Of a DNA stretch of 64,000 nucleotides, positions 61,101-64,000 are shown piece after piece. The DNA is from Candidatus Omnitrophota bacterium (GTDB lineage Bacteria; Omnitrophota; Omnitrophia; Omnitrophales; Aquincolibacteriaceae). Below the pieces are notes generated by a model, which saw only the letters and a program-made list of their open reading frames with translations, made no database searches and was not told the origin of the DNA. Position 1 is the first letter of the stretch; each line of letters opens with the position of its first letter. The stretch lies in assembly GCA_023247055.1 (NCBI GenBank), contig JAHFHF010000006.1:600-64599 (forward strand), read 5' to 3'. The translations under genes and the position numbers were made by a program.

Positions 61101-63999
61101 TCCGGGCCGCGCACGCGCGATTGAACAGTTGCGCAAAACGGCGGTGGAAATGCTCAGTTCCAATCAAGTTGTGTCCAAAGCCATGGCTTACGCCTCCGCC
61201 GCGCGGCATGTGATGCTGTCGGCGATGGCGCGCAATGATTTTTACAAACTGGCAAAAGAAAAAGACCAGAAGCTCTCCGACCTGGACCCGGCCAGCTATA
61301 TTACGCGCGATGCCCAGGGAAATCCGGTGTTAGGGACGCCGCCTTCAGGGCCTGTCTTTCTGCGGCCGGAGTTGAAATTCGATGAAGACGGCGAATACAT
61401 CCGCGATTTCAAGGAATTTATCCGCACGGAAGTGGCGCCGCTTGAGGCGGTGGTCAAACAGCATGTCGTGGAAGAAGCCGCGGCAGGCACGCCCACAAAT
61501 AACGCGGCGGCAGATACCCGGCTTGGTGATGTTACCAGCGACTATGCGCAAAAGGCCATTCTGACGAATGTGACTGAATCCAAAAACGTTTTCGAGGAAT
61601 ACGAACACAAGATTTATCTCGAGACCTATGCCACCAAGATCGGCACCGGCGGCATGCTGCTGGCGGATAAATTCACTGAATTGGAGCAAAAAGCCGCGGA
61701 ATGGCTGAATGCGGCGGCCATGTTGCGCGCCGAGGAAGGCGCGGCCGGCGAAGAGCGATTCCAACAGGCCGTACGTGCCATTCATGATTACAAGAATGCT
61801 TACCGCGATTATCTGGTGCGTTTCCTGCGCGGCGATACGTCAGAAATCTGGGGCAGTCCGTTTGCTCTGCCCTCGGGCGAGCCGGTCGAGATCCTTCAGC
61901 AAGGCAATTTCGGCATCCTGCACAATTTGAGCATGTACTTATCGAAGGACAAGATCTATCAAATTGCCGTCAGCCCGGCTAAAAAGGATGCGAATGGCTA
62001 TTTGTATTATCTCAAAAAAGATCCCATCACCGGATTGGATTTACCCGATGTGATGACCACAACGACGAACAACCGTCAATACGTCCTTGATACAACCGTG
62101 CTGGCGTTAACGGATGATCCGGCGACGCTGGGGTGGGATGAGACGCGCGGCTTTGGCGTCAAGGATGATAAGTTCTTGCCCTTTACCAAAGAACAAATAC
62201 TCAAGGGCGATGAGTCCGAGATGGTGATCGGCGAAGAAATGCGCCGCATGATGCAGGAGTATGACAAATGGTTTGACGAGGCCGTCGACGCCTACCGCGG
62301 CAGCATGTCGTATTACGAACTTAGTGTGGCGGATTTATCCGGCACTGTCACGGCGACGCCGGGTCTTGATCCTTCGGTCATTGCCATGCAAAACACGTTT
62401 AGCGATATCCTCAAAATGCATCTTGGAACGAACCCGCCGACGGCGACATTTGCAGGTATCACGTCGATCAAAAAGGAGTTTAACGACATCCATGATGAAG
62501 CGTGGGGTGTTTACGAGCAATTCCTTTTCGGCAGCGCGGCTGAAACCGACGGAGACGGCGCTCTGGAAAAATACAGAACTGAAGTGCAGGACGTGTATGA
62601 GGCCGTCAAGGGGCTGGATAAGAAAATTTCAAGTATCCGCCAGCTTGCCAAGGCTGAACCGGTGGCGCGCGAACTGGGCCGCAATATTTTTGAAACAGCC
62701 TTCAGTGTGATTCAGGATTTGGCTTCTGAAATGCAGCGTGAGATTTATAACTACAACCGTTCGGCGATTCTCAAGATTGGCGCGCAAGATAGCTTGAATG
62801 AGTTTTACGTTAAAAAAGTTCGCGCCATGACCGGCATGCTCAACCAACTCACTAATAATCAGTTTTCAAAATACTTTGGCCTGCCCCGGGATTGGAATAA
62901 GGCCATTTATGGCGGCTATTTTGGCCACGACTTTTTAGGGGCCCGGGATAACTGGCTGCGGGATGTGTTTGCCGTGCCGCTAGGGATTACGTACACAGGC
63001 ACCCAGGCCGATCAGGACGAAATTTTTACCGAAATCGGCATGCTTGTGCTTGATTCGCTGACCAATCATGTCTTTGAGCAGGGGACGACCGAGCAGGAAA
63101 TGACGCTCTTTGCCATGATGTCGTCGGTTTTTGGCGAAAGCATGGGGCCGATCAAATATTTTGATACGGAACTCGAGTTTGACAAGAAGATGAATTATCT
63201 GCGCCAGGGCGGCGACCCGGCGTCCGGTAAGCGCCTGACACCGCTGGAAGTTTTAAGTGAATGGTTTGAAGAAGGCTTCCTGACCGACTCTGAGTTTCTG
63301 CAGTTTACGGATGCGAAGTCAGCTTCCAAGACCCAGCCCCTGGAAAAAATCATCGCCACGCTCAAAAGCCAGACCGTTTTCGGTGAACCGCGTTTCAATC
63401 ATGTGATTGCGCCCAACGGTGCTGTGACGCCTGTCAATGGAACCTATGCGAAAAAGATGGAAGAAATCCGGCGCAAATATATTCTCGCCGGAAAAGTCCC
63501 GGCTAATGCGTGGCGTAACGCCGTGATGGGCGATCTGCATTATGCGCTCGGGACGCCTTCGGCGCCGGCGCCCACGGAAATCCGCAAAGACGGTACGCTG
63601 ATCAATAAATACCATTACACGGGTTTTAGCAGCGGAGAATATGGTTTGCTGGCCCTGGGCAGCCAGCTTTGTGAAGACGCTGTGAATCTGGCTTGCAACG
63701 ATTCAGCTCCGATTACCGGAGATTTAAACAATATATTCCAGGGGTTGGGACTTATTTTTAGCACGTTTGATGAGGCGTCGGGAAAATGGAATGCGCCCGC
63801 TTTCTTTGCGATGAATGCGAATACCGATTTTCTAGACTTAGTCGGGGGTTCAACGGGACTCTCGAATGGGGTCAAACATGGTTTGTTCGATATTAACCAT
63901 GCTCTTATGGATGGCGATTATCAATATTCTGCGACCGCCGATGTATCGGACAATAAAGTTCTCTCAAAGTTCCTCTATGGCGGTGGCGGCGGAGGCCTT
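1..63999 (+). CDS. Internal fragment of a single giant multidomain protein gene, at least 21,333 codons inside the window, with both the 5' and 3' ends outside it. The domain content suggests a secreted or cell-surface Ca-binding fibre/adhesin-like protein of unknown function.
   Basis: The frame starting at nt 1 contains no TAA, TAG or TGA. I translated it codon by codon from the start through about nt 24,500 and again across the helical region. I then spot-checked codons at about 25 sites through 63781-63999. The last codons read ...LSKFLYGGGGGGL and run off the window. The supplied M-to-stop ORF track contains no + strand ORF in this frame, as expected for a frame with no stop in the window. 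Codon usage shows strong GC3 bias (GCC/GCG, GGC, CTG, CGC, ACG, GTG). The translation contains several recognisable protein motifs: dockerin/EF-hand Ca-loops, DUF4214-like, C39-like, DUF1080-like and TSP3-like. Confidence 0.92.
7141..7300 (+). other. Gly/Asp/Glu/Gln-rich flexible linker (QGGGTSGMEGYESGDGDQDIFEELGLNDMPGGGGSEIPDWQQEQQWQFENP).
   Basis: Direct translation. This low-complexity stretch separates the first repeat block from the first beta-sandwich module. Confidence 0.5.
7981..8382 (+). other. Copy 1 of a roughly 100-aa beta-sandwich-like module, with a candidate carbohydrate-binding or jelly-roll fold. It is followed by a dockerin-like Ca-binding loop (ADLNGDGAVNDADEALLTARL, nt 8320-8382).
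   Basis: Translation reads NYRINLTADGFYQVGLSAAL...YVFHVFLDGHFYGDFY...LTPGEHDLKIVWDVPEFY, then D-L-N-G-D-G-A-V-N-D-A-D. The motif set G-x-Y-x-h-G-L-x-A, h-x-h-x-h-D-G and AG-x-H-x-h-x-h-x-W recurs in the other copies. Confidence 0.45.
9304..9366 (+). other. Isolated dockerin/EF-hand-like Ca-binding loop (LDVDKNGLADAQDFAAIQSRF).
   Basis: A 12-residue D-x-D-x-N-G-x-h-D-x-x-D loop followed by an amphipathic helix. Direct translation. Confidence 0.45.
9421..9846 (+). other. Copy 2 of the beta-sandwich-like module, followed by a Ca-loop (ADLNQDRRIDEKDQALFLDQ).
   Basis: Translation reads GFTYTFDAPSAGDFMLGLKTAML...FDFDVFVDGSAVRAGIL...LAAGTHQFRFVWSNPVP, then DLNQDRRIDEKD. Confidence 0.45.
10056..10120 (+). 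other. Dockerin/EF-hand-like Ca-binding loop (ADLNKDGLINEADDAFLAAALA).
   Basis: Direct translation. The loop matches the canonical D-h-N-x-D-G-x-h-N-x-x-D pattern. Confidence 0.5.
10201..11140 (+). other. Two divergent copies (3 and 4) of the beta-sandwich-like module, followed by a Ca-loop (ADLNADNYVNEADARILDTLRSRF).
   Basis: Translation shows AGDYRIGLSARSF...GRVYFKRTGDTAWDEERSVDFDLIADGNAHEYILSM, then KFRYAVVVDGVQRGTFDVPW...LNAGAHHIDIVEMNFYDYPY, then DLNADNYVNEAD. Confidence 0.4.
11761..11835 (+). other. Dockerin/EF-hand-like Ca-binding loop (VDPADLDGDGLVTFADQALMKASLG).
   Basis: Direct translation. Confidence 0.5.
11941..12260 (+). other. Copy 5 of the beta-sandwich-like module.
   Basis: Translation reads NYRMDFDLFADSAQPAGLAYYNIMLRA...WQLAVAVDGDDRGIVIIPA...LMANGAHTISLRWLNPRPG. 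It begins with the same NYR-h-x-h start as copy 1 and carries the same G-A-H-x-h-x-h-x-W motif. Confidence 0.45.
13150..13580 (+). other. Copy 6 of the beta-sandwich-like module, followed by a Ca-loop (DMDLNHNQSIDTGDETILAGLILAG).
   Basis: Translation reads YAVEVPEDGLYSVGLAARNFF...WQIEVDVYVDDEIYPRTSF...LTAGAHTIHFYVRDLYGEGDH, then DLNHNQSIDTGD. Confidence 0.45.
13581..18940 (+). repeat. Second and largest block of G-x-x-Y beta-hairpin repeats. It is interrupted by a Trp/Tyr/Thr/Asn-rich island of unknown fold at about 14,560-15,950.
   Basis: Many units by direct translation, for example VKVLRLAGKFYRVEISGTAVTLVS, SVVLDGVLYTIRMDTADSISLLG, QVILEGVRYSVEEQTGRVILSD, TIRISGKIYRLALAADGDWVLSE and AVFYINGTIYEVQYDETAGSFEV. 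The island contains GDQNYTWTWEMAAGG...YIWSIDWTQTGEFMKGWTFTLEDE...GYNAYGYWGPMYQYTHTYTVTIKNMTFEV. Confidence 0.55.
18946..19895 (+). repeat. Tandem array 1 of about 11 dockerin/EF-hand-type Ca-binding loops.
   Basis: Translation gives ADLDQNGEFNAEDARIL, KDINGDGLVDQQDIDAL, LDVNHDRKIDYRDANAL, FDINRDGL, LDVNNDGLVTHEDVTAL, FDINGDGKLDDL, ADVNRNGKVDDKDRSDL, ADINNDGRVDDRDWRTL and RDVNEDGRIDSKDSEVL. Each loop is followed by a short hydrophobic helix, as in dockerin segments. Confidence 0.6.
19900..21480 (+). repeat. Third block of G-x-x-Y beta-hairpin repeats.
   Basis: Examples are IVLDDERYVVSKNTEGAYVLTS, IVEIGEHIYDIYEDPDGKIRLVD, VIELEGKRYEVVNHFDGSYTFKT, RVKLDGIYYDIHEDPLTGHVQLAE, KVTIRGRVYDVIENSYSGSITLAE and VIELNGKNYFVRENTQDGITEFI. 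Confidence 0.55.
21514..22080 (+). other. Concanavalin A-like jelly-roll domain resembling DUF1080 / 3-keto-disaccharide hydrolase-like (PF06439-type) modules.
   Basis: Translation reads TWQDASIDF...GSWRIMAGRAESLVQ...GLVTETDFTLSVDLSFEI...YRMQIRVESGKITLAMNDQPLLEAQDHYFTGGAVALAGKGRDVQFDNIVLHH. The W-x-x-x-x-G, L-x-T-x-x-DF-x-L-x-h-x-h-x-F and terminal G-x-h-x-L-x-x-x-G-x-x-V-x-F-x-N-I-x-L motifs match the DUF1080 signature as I recall it. Confidence 0.5.
22165..24480 (+). repeat. Tandem array 2 of about 20 dockerin/EF-hand-type Ca-binding loops. It contains a Gly-rich linker at about 22,270-22,400.
   Basis: Translation gives DLDINRDEAFSQGD, VDITGDGRGDIADIKRI, ADVTGDGKVTDADWKAI, SDVTQDGVTDYRDVEAI, ADLNHNGALDAADVAQL, ADIDQDGLITPADLRIY, FDLTNDGVVDGSDEQRM, GDINRDGITDSRDLDLY, ADVNGDGLIDEKDLARA, FDLNQDGKVDDSDLAAL, HDVNADGAVNQTDVDLF, ADIDHSGAFDAGDVTNF, ADLTRDNVIDSADSAFL, ADIDQDNLIGARDYAGL, ADVTGDGKVDANDLKDL, ADVTRDRKVDVADVTKV and FDITGDRMVNALDEQAL. 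The linker reads GGTAGLGASGGEGEGSFAGGESAGGGAGMPAGGETGAGSG. Confidence 0.6.
24916..24957. repeat. Perfect 13-bp inverted repeat. The arms are cagggacaggtcc (24916-24928) and ggacctgtccctg (24945-24957), with a 16-nt loop. It lies in frame inside the CDS and encodes QGQVQPGTQPDLSL.
   Basis: Read directly. The two arms are exact reverse complements. Confidence 0.7.
26914..26994. repeat. Second copy of the same inverted repeat. The arms are cagggacaagtcc (26914-26926) and ggacctgtccctg (26982-26994), with one mismatch and a 55-nt loop. The loop contains a nested direct and inverted sub-repeat (gtccagttagccgctca / gtccagttagcggctca). It encodes QGQVQLAAQVPGTQGEVQLAAQMDLSL.
   Basis: Read directly. 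Confidence 0.65.
27400..27438. repeat. Third copy of the inverted repeat. The arms are agggacaggtcc (27401-27412) and ggacctgtccct (27426-27437), with a 13-nt loop. It encodes QGQVQTTQQDLSL.
   Basis: Read directly. A half-copy (gttcaaacaactcaggcg, encoding SVQTTQA) also occurs at about 30,014. Confidence 0.65.
32240..34440 (+). other. Extremely Ala-rich (with Ser/Thr/Leu/Gln) sub-region inside the helical domain. It includes short hydrophobic runs such as AAILAALVLGLLAASV.
   Basis: Translation reads ...AAAINAIIDKPAAAQAAADILAQFGTGISAVPGSDAAILAALVLGLLAASVEEPAASAALKAIIREAAAKAAAEAEMLGG...AAALAVLAAAYSAHTAQPAYSETTASVLASNINAFTAYRAY... Confidence 0.5.
34465..34650 (+). other. DUF4214-like segment.
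   Basis: Translation reads GKAVYEAYRDVLGRDPKGEELAVDLADVLAGKLTTADLKVRLLGSEEYRQTRALMERV. The x-x-Y-x-x-h-L-G-R-x-P-[DK]-x-x-G...L-x-x-G...h...h-x-x-S-x-E-Y pattern is characteristic of DUF4214 (PF13946), which is common in bacterial S-layer and Ca-binding exoproteins. Confidence 0.45.
34790..35215 (+). other. C39 peptidase-like domain, the papain-like fold of bacteriocin-processing peptidases. The catalytic Cys position is occupied by Phe (HFG instead of DCG), so it is probably non-proteolytic.
   Basis: Translation reads SLHFGISAFTALSFMLSQDSRLKTLDYEELARQTILSDILSGVLRADTRGELVLSAFALQNTAAHAGLELYGRRMTAEELPALKLPAIIHLDGDHFAVLEKADAENVTVREYTGDSFALSVAEFVKHWDGFVMSA. It aligns with the C39 consensus: Q-x-x-x-DCG-x-A-[CS]-L-x-M-h, then G-x-s-L, then L-P-x-I-x-h-x-x-x-HF-V-V-L, then I-x-D-P, then s-x-x-E-F-x-x-x-W-x-G-x-x-L. 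The His motif (GDHFAVL) is retained. The Cys is absent. Confidence 0.45.
36081..36402 (+). other. Cluster of 3-4 dockerin/EF-hand-like Ca-binding loops embedded in the helical region.
   Basis: Translation gives ADVNRDGSVTAADVTALNLA, DDINLDGVVDLLDKAIW, GDVDADSQLDSDDVSLFRSYL and NVDQDPAGLVDSSDVLAVSNYV. A further loop sits at 37,884-37,950 (DLDTDGDVDYDDLNVLKTRV). Confidence 0.45.
38260..38660 (+). other. Beta-rich island of unknown fold inside the helical region.
   Basis: Translation reads VAVSFAAPMPEFRVGTTTFKFPFHLRIGNEIFGMRAGDHTVTPEIMNQAFTFYKLYDVVDVTLPDGSIIGYNQPVTTLAAMNPFVSYYDIPTGEHRVNVGPITYRLDEGLTGLWLRLETEKDQ. Confidence 0.3.
42641..63999 (+). other. C-terminal-ward region of about 7,100 aa. 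It is non-repetitive, mixed alpha/beta, and rich in Trp, Tyr, Asn and Pro. It has sparse Cys residues that occur as closely spaced pairs. No recognised catalytic motif was found.
   Basis: Direct translation. Examples are NFKFNFKNDVIPAGFPIQNNTVYEWFPAPATPPAVTPKWYDLQAG and YHYRPGLVDLLDEVVGMGPLNP. Cys pairs include CQGPTVPPVC (~45,000), CFENLCNAGG (~48,615), CSDAEWIGRC (~49,105), CPAGSTDDEIDIDC (~49,420), CGGVNCPD (~50,665), CTSPNNCEP (~53,125), CGLATCPEE (~55,150) and CASSPAGPCD (~57,455). An EF-hand-like loop ADVNGDGYLGLETDPELMVW lies at 44,209-44,268. Confidence 0.5.
55720..56595 (+). repeat. Tandem duplication of a 146-codon module (copy 1 at 55,720-56,157, copy 2 at 56,158-56,595). The copies are 438 nt apart. 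Each has a FTWGQDF/KCHINxAGGCDV core followed by thrombospondin-type-3-like Asp/Asn-rich Ca-binding repeats.
   Basis: Nucleotide-level direct repeats: ttcacctggggccaggatttc at 55,735 matches ttcacctggggccaggacttc at 56,173, and tttaaatgccatatcaatgccgctggcggctgtgacgtttccgat at 55,795 matches tttaaatgccatatcaacgtggccggcggctgcgatgtgaccgat at 56,233. Protein copy 1 reads TANFTWGQDFVFTVRGKNNKDTAFKCHINAAGGCDVSDPVTGAMIGVISDGGFFIAYTEDRDGDGLLDGSEDANGNNVLDPGEDTLPFNGVLDPSEDTNGNAALDQKRYRVRIIHNGNHGTLVLEGDEVI. Copy 2 reads FYFTWGQDFEFSYLWENGVQSRFKCHINVAGGCDVTDLRTGEFMGSVVNLGTFTYDEDRPALLFPNGNDLLDPSEDINNNGILDLGEDIFAPIGVLNLAEDINQNGRIDVRNYTLDLRQDGTRGTLILRRNEIV. Confidence 0.6.
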
Positions 64000-64000
64000 G

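Noticed and set aside
29-62710. The many 60-160-aa + strand ORFs in the track.
   Set aside because: Their start coordinates put every one of them in frame 2 or 3 relative to the stop-free frame 1. They are off-frame overlaps with composition-biased, motif-free translations.
1-64000. An alternative genetic code (TGA recoded) to explain the very long ORF.
   Set aside because: It is unnecessary. Frame 1 lacks all three stop codons, so the open frame does not depend on any reassignment.

Overview
The whole 64,000-nt window appears to be one uninterrupted coding sequence on the + strand, in the frame that starts at position 1. I translated that frame by hand from the start through the Ca-loop arrays and found no stop codon. 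I then spot-checked about 25 further sites up to the last codon at 63997-63999, again with no stop. The supplied M-to-stop ORF track lists no + strand ORF in this frame, which is what a stop-free frame would produce. The window is therefore an internal slice of at least 21,333 codons of a single giant, high-GC (about 57-60%, strong GC3 bias) bacterial-type gene, with both ends outside the window. I saw no rRNA, tRNA, CRISPR array, transposase, or intergenic or regulatory DNA.

Every ORF in the track, including the 946-aa, 645-aa and 463-aa minus-strand ones, looks like an out-of-frame or antisense shadow. Those peptides are Arg/Ala/Gly/His-rich with no motifs.

The encoded polypeptide has a clear three-part architecture.

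- **N-terminal third (about nt 1-22,100).** It contains more than 100 degenerate beta-hairpin repeats of the form h-x-h-x-G-x-x-Y-x-h...(D)G-x-h-x-h. Interspersed are 5-6 copies of a roughly 100-aa beta-sandwich-like module that carries a conserved AG-x-H-x-h-x-h-x-W motif. Each module is followed by a dockerin/EF-hand-type 12-residue Ca-binding loop (D-x-N-x-D-G-x-h-[ND]-x-x-D). Near the end of this third is one concanavalin-like jelly-roll domain resembling DUF1080/PF06439.
- **Ca-loop arrays.** There are two dense tandem arrays of dockerin-like Ca-binding loops, at about 18,946-19,895 (roughly 11 loops) and about 22,165-24,480 (roughly 20 loops).
- **Middle third (about 24,480-42,640).** This is an Ala/Leu/Gln/Glu/Arg-rich, predicted alpha-helical, low-complexity region of about 6,000 aa. 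It includes a very Ala-rich segment (32,240-34,440). Embedded in it are a DUF4214-like segment, a C39-peptidase-like domain that keeps the His but lacks the catalytic Cys, and a few isolated Ca-loops.
- **C-terminal third (42,640-end).** This region is non-repetitive and rich in Trp, Tyr, Asn and Pro. It has recurring closely spaced Cys pairs. It also carries a tandemly duplicated 146-codon module with thrombospondin-type-3-like Asp-rich Ca-binding repeats.

Three in-frame copies of a 12-13 bp perfect inverted repeat (cagggacaggtcc / ggacctgtccctg) sit in the helical region.

My interpretation is a giant secreted or surface-anchored, Ca-dependent fibre or adhesin-like protein. It is comparable in scale to the largest bacterial proteins described. 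Its function is unknown.
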